From Sporopachydermia quercuum (taxonomy: Eukaryota): a DNA stretch of 64,000 nucleotides. Shown piece by piece: positions 12,068 through 23,762 of the stretch. Positions within the stretch are counted from its first letter, which is position 1, and each line of letters opens with the position of its first letter. Below the pieces are notes generated by a model. That model searched no databases, was not told the origin of the DNA, and saw nothing but the letters and a program-made list of their open reading frames with translations. Where the stretch lies: the NCBI GenBank assembly GCA_001599295.1, contig BCGN01000007.1:694433-758432 (forward strand). Direction: 5' to 3'. A program made the position numbers and the translations under genes.

Positions 12068-13939
12068 ATGGATATTTTCCGAGTTTTAAGCCGAGGAGCG
12101 GCCATAAAGAAAGTAAAGAATCAATCCTCTGATCATTCACTATCATCAGTAAGTGTGATTTGCTTATTATTCGCCTCCTAGTCATTCTCACCAAGGAATT
12201 ATAAACTAACTAGTTAATAGGTAACAGATGATATAAAAGAAGAAAATAATGTCAAAGAATTACAACTGGAAGTAGAGGAAGAGCTTGATTTTTTCAGAAC
12301 GACTCGAAAAGCAGGTTCAGCTTTCAATAGCAAGAATGCAAGCAAGAACAGTTCAGATATTAGCGATAAGCAAAAAGACATCAGCAATGTAGGTAGAGAG
12401 CAAGATATTACACCTTTCATCAAAACTGAAGAAGAAGCCAGACAACTGAGAAAAAAGAATAGGGTGAAAATAACGGGTACTGATGAACCATTACCAATTG
12501 GATCATTCACTGATTTGCTCACTCGGTTTCAAATTGACGAAAGCTTAGTGAAGACTCTGAAGAGTCAGAAATTTGAGACCCCAACACCTATCCAATGTGA
12601 AGCTATTCCAATAATGTTAAATAAAAGAGATTTGGTAGCGTGTGCTCCTACTGGTTCAGGTAAAACACTTGCCTTTGCCATTCCTACAGTGCAACTGCTT
12701 CTGGATAGTAGGAAACAGTCAAAAAACAGCGAGAAATCAACAAAACCTTTTGTCAGATCACTGGTTATTTCCCCCACGAAAGAACTGGCGAAGCAAATCC
12801 ACGACACTTTTGCTGTCTTGACCAACGAGCTGAAAATCTCTCTTTTGACCAAATCATTAGCTAATAAACTGAAAGCCCATCAGAACATGAAATCTATTGA
12901 TGTACTAGTAGTTACACCATTAAGACTAATCGACCTTGTGAAGTCGGAAAAGATAGATTTAGGAAGACTAGAAGTTTTGATTTTTGATGAAGCCGATAAA
13001 TTGATGGAATCCTCTTTTCTGGAGCAGTCTGATGAGATCCTAGCTGCGTGTGAACCGGATGCTTCTAAAGGAAATAGACGAAAGATAGTGAAAGCACTAT
13101 TCTCAGCTACGATTCCTTCAACAGTTGAAGTTATTGCTGGAAATATCATGGAATCTCCTCTCCGGGTTATTATTGGTAATAAACAATCAGCAACGTTGTC
13201 AGTTGAACAAAAATTAGTGTACTGTGGTAATGAAGAAGGTAAACTTATAGCTATTAGGAATCTTATTCACAATGGAGAATTTGTTCCTCCTGTGCTGATT
13301 TTCGTTCAGTCAATTGATAGATCTAATGCTCTTTATCATGAACTCCTTTATGATAAAATGAATGTTGATGTGATACATGCTGAACGGTCTCAATCTGCTA
13401 GAGACAAGGTANTTGAAAAGTTCCGTAAAGGTGAAATATGGTGCTTGATGTGTACGGATTTAATGGCCAGAGGTATTGATTTTAAAGGTGTGAATCTCGT
13501 GATTAATTACGATTTGCCTACCAGTTCTCCAGCTTATATCCATAGAATTGGTCGTACTGGTAGAGCAGGTAGAAAAGGAAAAGCTATTAGTTTNTTTACG
13601 AAGGATGATTTGAAACTAGTGAAAAATGTCGTGAATGTTATGAAACAAACCGATGATAGCAATTTGTCTGATGAGAAGACTACCAACCTATCAGATGAAT
13701 ATAATGGATGGCTACTAAATATAGAGAAACTTAGTAAGAAGGACAAGAAACAGTTCAAACGGGGTGAAATAGAAAGAAAGCAGATTAGTACTGTTCCTAA
13801 GGCAGTCAAGCAGAAAAGAAAGCAAAGAGATGAGATGATTGAGGCTTCCAAACGACGTAAACAAGCGGAAGGAGATTTATTATTAAAACAAAACGAAGAT
13901 GAGAACGAAGATAGAAGCGAAAATGATAAGATTTGGTGA
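12068..13939 (+). CDS. ROK1: DEAD-box RNA helicase Rok1; exons 12068-12148 and 12221-13939
   Basis: Exon 1 [11 protein letters not shown] matches the Rok1 N-terminus; the spliced frame gives EEELDFFR, then [21 protein letters not shown] and [10 protein letters not shown] motifs. Confidence 0.93.
12149..12220 (+). other. Spliceosomal intron of ROK1 (72 nt, phase 0)
   Basis: GTAAGT...AACTAAC(12204-12210)...TAG; contains an in-frame stop, and removal joins the two frames. Confidence 0.88.
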
Positions 13940-14962
13940 ATTTAGTGCGAGTAAATGAAACAACATGGAAGGTGTAGGTTTTATTGAGTATATGATATAC
14001 CAGTTACTATTTACATAGTAAGAAGCTCGGACAGTCTACTATTCATAATAATAGCAGTANTTATCTCAATATTAGCATTTAAAGGAATAAATTGAAGAAT
14101 TTCACTATTATGAGCAAATCAAGTAATTGGACGTGATACATGCTAATTTTTCTTTCTATGTACTCAGCCAACGTTTTCTATGGATATTTGGTGGTCTGTA
14201 CTATNAACTAAGCTGATAGAGGAAACAATTAATGATATTTAATAAACATATAACAAAAAATGATATCCAAGCAAGTGGCTGATTATTTCGTTGTCTGCCG
14301 AGTAAACCACATATTAGTCATCATAATTAACAATACTATCTATAAATCAGGAACTCATAAGCATTCTAGGAGCATTTCCTATCTTTGAATACAATTGAGT
14401 GAATAAAAATAGTTAAGATACGTCTGTGAACAGTTTCACATCTCTCTCTCAATAGTGGACTTAATACTGTTGTATTGATTTTATTGTCTTGCCGGGAATT
14501 ACTACTGTTCTTCTGCTGATAGTAATCTAATGAATTATGTGAGGAGTCAAAATCCATGGAGAAATAAACATCATCTTCTAGCAAACAAATTAATGATATT
14601 ATCATTAAAACCTTCACTTGAATGCTATTTTCTTCATCAGCAGCATGCCATAGTAGATCACCAGCTGAAACTAAGTATTCATGAGATATATATTCACAGT
14701 AATCACACTAATTACACCAGAGAACAAACCGCAATTACATCAAACAAAAAGAGAACAGATCAGTCACATCACTTCTGCCTGTATTATCTCCAATCATCTA
14801 CAACAACTATCTACTGCATAAACCTGATAATCCTACATCATCATACAATAGACAGAACTGTATAATCCATCTAACACTATTTACTAATGTAGTTATACTC
14901 AAAGAACCTAGAAAACACCAACTACCATTGTTCACTCATCTCCAAAAAACCTAACTCTGATT

Positions 14963-15484
14963 CTAATGGCCATGAGATCCACCAACACTAGGATATCCTA
15001 TAAGATGACGTCTTCCAATGATTTCCCCAATGGTAAAAAATCCAACAAGTTGAACAACATAAGCAGTGTATTTCACAGCTTCGTTCTTACCCAAATTGGC
15101 GGCTGATTGGCTAACCTTGGTAGCAGCTTCAACAAACAAAGAAGGATTAAGAGCATATTTCTTAGCACAGTTGAACAATCCAGTATACACTTCAGTGAAT
15201 TGAGCACTAGTAGGAGGAGCTAATCCTTCCTTCAAGTAAACAGATTTACCTAATTCAGCGACAACCTTTCCCCAATAAGTAGCATTTTCAGCGAAAGCTA
15301 ATTAGTTAATATATATAATCTTCATGATCTCCTTTCTATATCAGTTTATACTCTCTAAACAAATACTTTGGATAAGGATATAGTCCAGACAATAGTAATA
15401 CATACATGAAACCTTCTTCACCAAGCTGGAGTTGTATCTGACACCAGCTCTTCTGGTAGTGTTAATAGCAGATCTAGCGAACAT
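14963..15484 (-). CDS. ATP20: ATP synthase subunit g (137 aa); exons 15484-15406 and 15297-14963
   Basis: Spliced protein MFARSAINTTRRAGVRYNSS...YWGKVVAELGKSVYLKEGLAPPT...GFFTIGEIIGRRHLIGY, with the subunit g GxxxG motif. Confidence 0.92.
15298..15405 (-). other. Spliceosomal intron of ATP20 (108 nt, phase 1)
   Basis: GTATGT...ATTAACTAAT-TAG; removal restores the frame. Confidence 0.85.
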
Positions 15485-15638
15485 TTTGATTATAGGGATC
15501 TTTTAAATGTTGACAAGAGAAAAGAAATGCAATACCGTATAGCTTAACCTTAGTGTTTATTATATCTTTCTAGTCCATAACTACGATGAAAGCAATATGA
15601 TGATCGCAATTTTATTGTATATGGTAATATTTCCAAAG

Positions 15639-15748
15639 GATTGGTCAATCTTTTGGACGAAGGGGATCTAGGGTCCCAAAAAAATTTAAAATGAAAGGGT
15701 GTTGAGTTATAAGGAGGAAGTCTCGTGAGTACCCGACTCCACCAATAA
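15639..15748. promoter_or_regulatory. CCAAT boxes (HAP complex type) in the ATP20 promoter
   Basis: GATTGGT at 15639-15645 and ACCAATAA at 15741-15748 (reverse complement TTATTGGT). Confidence 0.5.
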
Positions 15749-16435
15749 AGTGTGAGAAGAATGGGACAGGGTAAGTGAGGGAGAGAAAAACAGAGTCTGT
15801 ATTGGGGGGTCTACAAAAAGTCGGAAATGATACTTTCCTATTAATTACCGNATAATTTGATTCAGTTGTAGGAATATGAAGGGAGAGTGAAAAAAGAGCA
15901 GTAAATTCAGAAGAGAAATTGAAATCATTCAGATAACGTCTGTTCTGATGAGATTAGCTAGAATGTAATGCACAGTTTAATAAGTTCTCTCAGTGTTTTG
16001 AATACTATTTCGGAAATGATAAGAAATTTGGTGGTAAAGTGAGATTCATAGTCTATGTATAGCTATGCATATTTATGCACCTTGAAACTCAATTCCAAAC
16101 TCAATCAATTCTTAATGTGAAAAAATCAATGAAAACAACTAAATATCTGCTTTTTGATTTCAGTTCTGTTATAATTCTAGTCAAGAGACTCAATNAAACA
16201 CTCTGTAATTGTTTGTATACTCTTATAATGTATTTGCAAAAAAAAAGCATGATAACTCGTTGCTGCAAGCAGCTGGACTCCTAATCTCTATATACCATCC
16301 TACCATACTAAAAGATAAAATGCTGACTAATTCATTATTAAAGTACACATATCAATACCTAAATTCTGTATTCTCTCCTTATTGCCATATAACCAACTAC
16401 TTATTCATACTATTACAGTGGTCTACTCATTTTCG

Positions 16436-19408
16436 CTAAAAATCTGCTTTACGAATAGACCTTCGATGTCCTTCACCTTGGATAACGATTTGACCTTCTT
16501 GTTCTAATCTTCTTAAAGCTTCACTAAGCTCAATATTCTCAATTCTACCTGAAGCTTTATCATTAACAGCTCTCAGTAGCTCACTGTAAGATACCACCGA
16601 ATTTCCACCGTTAGCTACTTTTGTATTTCCCAACTCATCAATCGTATTCAAAAGCTCTCTTTGAAGGTCAATCTTTAATTGTCGCACCGCTGAAGATGTT
16701 CCTGTTTGGACCAAATCCATATCAATTCTACCAGTAGTTGGATCAGTTGCATAATCCTTAATAGCTGATTTGATCAACCTGACAGCTTCTTTAACATCAT
16801 CAACTGTAACTTTCTCAGCCAATCTCATTTTAGCATGGGCCTCAGACAATCGGATCATACTTTCCAATTGTCTTGTTGTAGCAGTAATTCTTCGCTCTGA
16901 CGCTCGAACGTCTTCTCCCATTTTTCTCATCTCAACGTAGGCTTTAACAAGTTCATCCTTTGCTTCAGGAGTAATCTTGGGATGATAATATTGCTTGGCA
17001 TATGAAATGTACATTGTGAGAAACTCAATAGGAAGAATCTCAGACTTAGATGCATTCTCAGGCGCATCTTCAAGATACATGGAAGTCAAATGAGTTGCAA
17101 GCATTCGATCTGTTGCTTCATCAACTTTGTCCAGGAGCAAATACACCAAATCAAATCTTGATAGTAAAGTAGGTGGAAGATCAATATTCTGGGTGACTGG
17201 TAAATCAGGATCATATTTAGAGCTGATTGGATTAGCAGAAGCAAGAATTGAAGTTCGAGCATTCAATGTAGCAATAATACCAGCTTTGGCTATAGAAACA
17301 GTTTGCTGTTCCATCACTTCATGAAGCACCGAACGAGTACTATCAGACATTTTGTCAAATTCATCAATACAACAAATACCTCCATCAGAAAGAACCAAAG
17401 CTCCTGATTCCAATACAAATTGCTTAGTATCCAAATCACGAGTAACATAAGCAGTCAAACCAACTGCCGATGAACCTTTACCTGATGTATAAATACCTCT
17501 AGGAGCAATCTTATGAACATATTGTAGAATCTGAGATTTGGATGTTGAAGGATCACCACATAATAATACATTGATTTCTCCTCTATATTTTGGTGATCCG
17601 CCTTTAGTGAACTTCTTCACAGTTCCACCAAACAATTGAAGCAAAATACCCTTTTTCACGTCATCCATCTCGTAAACACTTGGGGCTAATGATCTAGCTA
17701 ACAATTCATAGATATCATCACGTTGGCTAACATCTCTAATCTTCTTTATGTCTTGCTCGGTAATTTTCCTAAGCTCTTCTACTTCATCAACAGCATTGGC
17801 TAAACCTGGTTGACCTTGCCTTTGAGATCCACATGAAGGAGTATTAAGAGAATTAGCCATTTGCTGATCAAGATCTAAAGTAGTGACATCAACGCCCAAT
17901 CTCTTCTTATCAACTTTCTTGATATGAACGACATCAATATATGTTTTATACAAACGTTTCATCGATCGTTGCACAGGATTTACTCTCACTGGAGTTGATC
18001 TGAATATACCTGTCACTTCAATTCGATCACCCGCACGACAAGAGTCCACTAATTCGTCATAAACACATAAAGAGACAGAATGAGGGGTCTGACCATCAGG
18101 AACATTATCAGGAGTCTCCTGAATCTTGATTACTTGCTTATCAGCAAATGTTGATCTATTGTGAACGATTTGCATAGTNTTTGCCTGGCCACATTCAATT
18201 CTAGGACATCTCACTGGCTCGGCAATAACTCCTCTATCGATTTGAACGTTGGTTGTATGATCACACACGCTGCATTTAAAGAAAGCAACTTTCATATCAG
18301 GAATAATAGGTGTGGTTCTTAAAGTCAATCCTTTAACAACGACAAGCTTATCAATATCCTGAGGATTCAAATCTCTCATATTCTTAACACCGTCAAGATT
18401 ATAAGGACGGACTTTATAGAATGTTCTCTCGATGAAGTCTAAATCACCATCGATTTCTGATGACATGATTAGAGAAACAATAGTATCTTTAATACTTTGA
18501 TCCATCACTGGGATTACTTCTTGAGGATAGTTCTGTAATTGAAAGTAAAGCTTCTTGGTAGGGGGATAAGCCAATAAGTTTCTTGCGTCAAGATTCAAAT
18601 TGGTTGTGCCAAGTTCAATCATTTTTCTTAACATTGGAATATAAGCAATTGAGTCTCCTTCACCAGGAAGAGTATATTGATTATCCAAAGCACTTCTGTA
18701 TTTATACTTGAAAGAGGTTAAAAAGCTTCTGAACATATCAGAACATTCTTGAATGCTAACATTAGTACCCCAAATCACTCTCACTGGTTCATCACCATTC
18801 AATTCAGAAGGANCATCAGAAGCTGTGAATGTAAGATTGCCAATACTATTGCTATCATCAGGTCTTTCGCTACTCAAGGAAGAGTCTATGAAAAGCCTTC
18901 TGGACGTTGGAGTGGAAACAGAATCACTTAAATCTCCTCGAGAAGCACTAGGAGCTTGTCCTAGTTCTGACCGAGGTAAGTAAGATCCTCCAGTGTTATC
19001 ACTACTTCCAGGGGTTCTTCCTAACCCAGATCTGCCTCCTCTATGAGGTGTCTCCATATCAGACACTAAAGCTGACGATAAAGAACCAGCAGTATTGGCT
19101 CTTGGGGTTTGAACATCGGGTAACTGTGGAGTAGATTTTGGCGATGATGAAGTATACGCCAAGGGAGAAGATACATCATCTGACTGAGATCTAAACTGTG
19201 GAGGTGGAGGAATTCTTCTAATGGTAGGATATCCAGATCTTGTCCTTGAAGAAGATGAAGAGACATGAGGTCCTGGTGATGAGGATGTTGAAGGATAGGC
19301 AACTGGGGATGACATTTGGTCACTGCTGCTTGGATGTTGTACGTTTGATTCAGTTGCGTTTGGAGGAGGCGTCATTGGACGNTTATCACTGCTTGGAGGA
19401 GATGACAT
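16436..19408 (-). CDS. MCM4: Replicative helicase subunit Mcm4 (990 aa)
   Basis: S/T-P-rich N-terminal tail, IWGTNVSIQEC, zinc finger, Walker A GDPSTSKSQ, Walker B CCIDEFDKM, SRFD arginine finger. Confidence 0.96.
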   Translation of the reverse strand: MSSPPSSDXRPMTPPPNATESNVQHPSSSDQMSSPVAYPSTSSSPGPHVSSSSSRTRSGYPTIRRIPPPPQFRSQSDDVSSPLAYTSSSPKSTPQLPDVQTPRANTAGSLSSALVSDMETPHRGGRSGLGRTPGSSDNTGGSYLPRSELGQAPSASRGDLSDSVSTPTSRRLFIDSSLSSERPDDSNSIGNLTFTASDXPSELNGDEPVRVIWGTNVSIQECSDMFRSFLTSFKYKYRSALDNQYTLPGEGDSIAYIPMLRKMIELGTTNLNLDARNLLAYPPTKKLYFQLQNYPQEVIPVMDQSIKDTIVSLIMSSEIDGDLDFIERTFYKVRPYNLDGVKNMRDLNPQDIDKLVVVKGLTLRTTPIIPDMKVAFFKCSVCDHTTNVQIDRGVIAEPVRCPRIECGQAXTMQIVHNRSTFADKQVIKIQETPDNVPDGQTPHSVSLCVYDELVDSCRAGDRIEVTGIFRSTPVRVNPVQRSMKRLYKTYIDVVHIKKVDKKRLGVDVTTLDLDQQMANSLNTPSCGSQRQGQPGLANAVDEVEELRKITEQDIKKIRDVSQRDDIYELLARSLAPSVYEMDDVKKGILLQLFGGTVKKFTKGGSPKYRGEINVLLCGDPSTSKSQILQYVHKIAPRGIYTSGKGSSAVGLTAYVTRDLDTKQFVLESGALVLSDGGICCIDEFDKMSDSTRSVLHEVMEQQTVSIAKAGIIATLNARTSILASANPISSKYDPDLPVTQNIDLPPTLLSRFDLVYLLLDKVDEATDRMLATHLTSMYLEDAPENASKSEILPIEFLTMYISYAKQYYHPKITPEAKDELVKAYVEMRKMGEDVRASERRITATTRQLESMIRLSEAHAKMRLAEKVTVDDVKEAVRLIKSAIKDYATDPTTGRIDMDLVQTGTSSAVRQLKIDLQRELLNTIDELGNTKVANGGNSVVSYSELLRAVNDKASGRIENIELSEALRRLEQEGQIVIQGEGHRRSIRKADF

Positions 19409-19608
19409 CTTTGCAATGGTAGTGAATTCGATACAACGGCAGCTTCAAGAAGAAACTTATGAACAGTAACACTTTTTGTGTTTTTTTTTACCTTTCCAGA
19501 AAATCGTTGGATAAGCAAAATTGTTGTCTTCTTGACACGACTTACTTTTTTCTTCTTTTCTTGGTTTTTTGTCTTATTAATGATTTTAACGCAGCATAAA
19601 ACCTAACG

Positions 19609-19865
19609 ACGCGTCAATTTGGTAAGACTTGCCGTGAATAAATCAACCATCAAATCTAAGAGAAAACTAAATCATCAGAAACCGACCCATGTATTACAAT
19701 CAGGAAAGATAAACAAATAAGAAAAAACAACAAAAACAGAATTCTAACAACAATCAAGAAAGAAAACAGAGGAAGCTTGCTTGAGGAGTTCATTAACAAC
19801 TCTTTCTGACTAGTTTGAAAGAAGAAATTAATGAAAATTGCCTTACATGACTAAGTGAGACGCGT
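19609..19865. promoter_or_regulatory. Two MCB elements upstream of MCM4
   Basis: ACGCGT at 19609-19614 and 19860-19865. Confidence 0.6.
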
Positions 19866-20215
19866 TACTTTCGTGTTTGAACACGAAATTTATCGAAATA
19901 GTAATATGATGTCCTAATATGGAAATAGAGTTAGACAGTTGAAGATTAAAGTTTATATAGCATGAATGATGCATAAATGAGCATTAAAGTGCATACAGGT
20001 TCGTATTATAAACCTATAAACCTTCTAATATATGAAAATAATCAATCAAAAATTATGAATTGAATGGGAAATATTACTTAACACTTCATTTATATACGTT
20101 ACTCAAAGATTCTGAGCTTAATAACATTATTCTAATCACATCAATGCTGTAATAACCTTGATACCATTCTTGTCGTGGTCCTCTCTTCTCTCTCGTAAAC
20201 TTTATCATTCTTTTA

Positions 20216-22349
20216 TCAACTGGCAATCATGTTCTTCAACTCATTGGAAAGGTGCCATACTTTAGTATTTGAGTTTACTGTCTCTCGAAGCCCATATTCT
20301 TTTATAGAGTTACGTATCACATCTTTAGGATACATTGGAAGCTCCCTTTTCAGCATCTCCACAAGCATAATCTGATTATAATCTGATCCATTTATATGTT
20401 GTGCTAGTGTCTTCAGGTGACCAAGATCTGTGATTTTTGCTGTAGTTTTCTGAGATTTCCTTTTCGCTGGCTTTTCAAAGCTTCCTTTCAGGTTGCCAGA
20501 TTGGTTTTCCGTTTCGTTTATACTTGGTGTTGAGGGTGATATATATTTTACTTCAGTATTGCTGGTACTCCAATAATCTTTGAAAGGATCAATAGGAAAT
20601 GGAATATCTATATATTAGATTCTGTTAGTATTCTCAAATAAATTTCTGTTCATGTTTAATCAAAATCAACATCTCACCGTTCAGATCTCGTTGAAGCAAA
20701 ATATAATACGTACCAATAACTGTTTTCAACTGCATAGAGTCAAATAGCACTTGGTCATTAACTCGATCATTCCATTTAACTATTGGCACTAATTGCCCTA
20801 TTATTCTTCGCTTTCTGGGTCTTTCTGAATCATCGTCGTCATCAACAAATCCTTCCATATCATCAGAATCTTCGCCTTCAACATCCTCCTCCTCATCATC
20901 AAGCTCTATATCTTCTCCTTCTTCTTCTTCATCATCTGCAACCCATTCCAAATCAGAGTCATAATCGTAGTTCAACCCTGTGCCTTCAGTAAAGAAAGGA
21001 TTTCTTCCTGAAGCTCCTTGGGGTAAATCTTTGGAAAATGTACCAGAATATGGAGGTCTGACGTTAGTATCAAAAAATATAAACCTTCTAGCTACCTGCC
21101 TTAACATAGATATTAGTTCCCCTTCGTACACTTCTCCTTCATTCATAGCTTTCACTATATCGCTTGCTCTCATTTTCGGCCTTGGTTTGGTTTCAATACG
21201 TTGGCTCAAAATCCAGTTTAACATATCATCAGCAGGAGGCTTAGAGTTCAAGCCTTGCTCGAATTTCTCTTTCTGGGCAGCTAATCTCGCTTTAGAAAGA
21301 ATGCCTAAAGGTGACATCTCCACATTTGCCTTAACATAAAAATCAAGAAACATTCTATCATAGTAGCATTTATCAGATTCAGCTACGATTCCTTCATTTT
21401 GCTTACTAGCAGTGAAAAAATTGGATAGCCTCAGTTGAGACCTTTCCTGTTGCTCTTGCTTCTTTTTCTTTTCTTCTTCTTTCAACCGTCTTTCTTCTTC
21501 TATCAAACGTTTCTTTTTTTCCCGAGCTGCCTGTTTTTTCTGCTTCTCTTCCTCTGCTTGTTTTCTCCTTTCCTCTTTTTCTTTCTCGGCCTGCCGTCTC
21601 TTTTCTTCTAACAGCTTCTTTTTCTCCTCGCGTTCTTTTTCTATCCGCTTCTTTTTCTCCTCGCGCTCTTTCTCTATTTGTTTCCGTTTCTCTTCTTTTT
21701 CTTTCTCTATTTGTCTTTTCTTCTCTTCACGCTCTTTTTCTTGTTGTTTCCTTCGTTCGTCCTTTTCGTTTTCAGGGCCTTGTGAGCTGGACTGAGAATT
21801 ATCAGTGGATACGGACAACGGTTCTTTGTCTACTATGTCAATTATTTGGCAATGACCTTCAACAGAAAGTTGCTCAGACTCGATTGGCCTTTTGCTTTTC
21901 CTTGTAGGTGTTGTATCAGCATCATTGTTAGTATTGTACTTGTCATCATCACTGTTGACATGGCTACTGCTTCTTGAGGTATTTGATTTGGGAGATTTCT
22001 GACTCTTTCGTACACTTTCAATACTTTTCGGTGTTAACATAGCTAATATATTACCATGCTTGATTGAAGTTTTCACTGGTTCTTCTGATGATTTGTTGGG
22101 CTTATCGTTATAAGAAACACTAGCACCACTTACTGTTAATTGAACACCATCAGAATCATCTTCATCAGCGTTCGACACATTATGTTTTTCATCTATTATG
22201 TTATCGTCGTCGCTGTTATCTAATCGAATTATCTCTTGCTCAACGGGTTTGCCGGTGAGGGTCAATTGGACTCTTTTCTTTTTGTTGGTAGTACTGCAAC
22301 TGCCTTTAGAAGGGGTAGTCAATCCCTGTCCAATAGCGTCAGACTTCAT
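20216..22349 (-). CDS. RLF2: CAF-1 large subunit Cac1/Rlf2; exons 22349-20714 and 20607-20216
   Basis: KER coiled coil, PIP-like QLRLSNFF, RPPYSGTFSK, NYDYDSDLEW and acidic ED region. Exon 2 (missed by the ORF track) gives DIPFPIDPFKDYW and a winged-helix-like C-terminus ending KVWHLSNELKNMIAS*. First ATG at 22349. Confidence 0.9.
20608..20713 (-). other. Spliceosomal intron of RLF2 (106 nt, phase 1)
   Basis: GTACGT...TACTAAC(20630-20624)...TAG; removal opens about 130 further codons with Cac1 motifs. Confidence 0.88.
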
Positions 22350-22478
22350 TGTCGCAGAATCGTATACAGTGAATACCAGGATTTGATATTTCAGTGGTGT
22401 TAAATCACAAATAACGCTATAAGTCAATCGATCAGTTATTTAGCTCCTTGATTATGTTTGCTCTTAGAAAGGAATGGC

Positions 22479-22764
22479 ACGCGTCTTATCCCACACTCGC
22501 ACTCATTCTCAATGGTCCAGCTAATGCATATAATTATTGAGGGAGAAACGTAAGAGTACCAATGCCAAAATGACAGCAAAATGAAAAATTATAACAACAG
22601 GGTTGCACTGTGTGGTAGGAGGTTGTACAATAGCAATTTGCGTGACGATATGGATTATATAAGGCTTGTCAATAGTACTGCATAGAGAAGCAGTTTGATG
22701 AGTAGGACGCGAAAAATATCAATCCATAAACACGATAACGGGGATTTGGGCTAAAAGTCACGTG
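22479..22764. promoter_or_regulatory. MCB/SCB-like and Cbf1 elements in the RLF2/SLX4 divergent promoter
   Basis: ACGCGT 22479-22484, ACGCGAAA 22707-22714, GTCACGTG 22757-22764. Confidence 0.55.
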
Positions 22765-23480
22765 GTGTAATGAGTTGAGTAGAATGGGACATGGGACGAT
22801 GAGATACGGTGAGGGCAGCATAAGATAAGTCACTTTTGAAAAACTACATTAAGGCATAGAGGAAGTTATTCTGAAACTGGCTAAAACTGGCAGTTAATAT
22901 TAATAGTTTCTAAAACTACGTGATGCTATTTCTCTCATATCTGAATGAGATCGTATAATCTCTAGAAGCCCTGTTGTGTCAAGAAAAAAATTCTTTTATG
23001 ATTACGTATTACGATATTCTTCTACACTTCACTTTGTTCTGTCAAATCATCTTCACACACAAAAGATTACCTAATCAAAAACTCATCTCCTCCTCAACAT
23101 GAAAGTCTAGAAAAGGAAGATTTTTAAGATTTGTGTAAATAAACAAACCACATCTCATGAACAATCACAGCAACAACAATCACAGAAAGGCTTTCGTCTA
23201 TACTTTTTCCTGTTCGCGCTATTTAAACAATTTTAATAAACATCCTCCTAATTATCTTTCACTTTGTTTGCTGTGAACAGCTAAACAACGTTGTATGCTA
23301 ATCAAGCACTTCTGAAGACTATTTTGAAATAGAAATATATATAGAATATATGTTATGAAAAGTGATCTTATATCCTTATCGAAGAACAAGAAAGCGATGA
23401 AAATTTAGCTGGTCCTATTGTTACAGCAGTAATTGTTTCATGTTTTGAATCACCAGATGAAAGCTCCACCTGCTAGTTTT

Positions 23481-23508
23481 ATAGCGTCAATTACATAGCG
23501 TCAATTAC
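23481..23508. repeat. 14-bp direct tandem duplication (ATAGCGTCAATTAC)x2
   Basis: Read directly. Confidence 0.85.
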
Positions 23509-23762
23509 ACCATATAGCAGGAGAAGACATAGGATTTGATTCAGCTACTTACGAGAAGAAAAGAGGAAAGCTCTTTCTTCAAACAACTCTTCTCTACTCA
23601 CCAATGTGCACTGATGATTTGGTATCTGCTATCTTATTACCTGGTATTTTCTCTGCACTTATAATGAATCTACGCCATTTTCTTCCTCCCTTCTGCTAAA
23701 CCATCGTTTTGGTACACAAATAACTAAACATATAAGATGACTCACGACAAGAAACACATACA

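Noticed and set aside
12755..12800. CUG codon reassignment (Ser or Ala clades)
   Set aside because: CTG encodes the conserved Leu of PTKELA and RSLVISPT in ROK1 and of [10 protein letters not shown] in AMS1, so the standard code fits.
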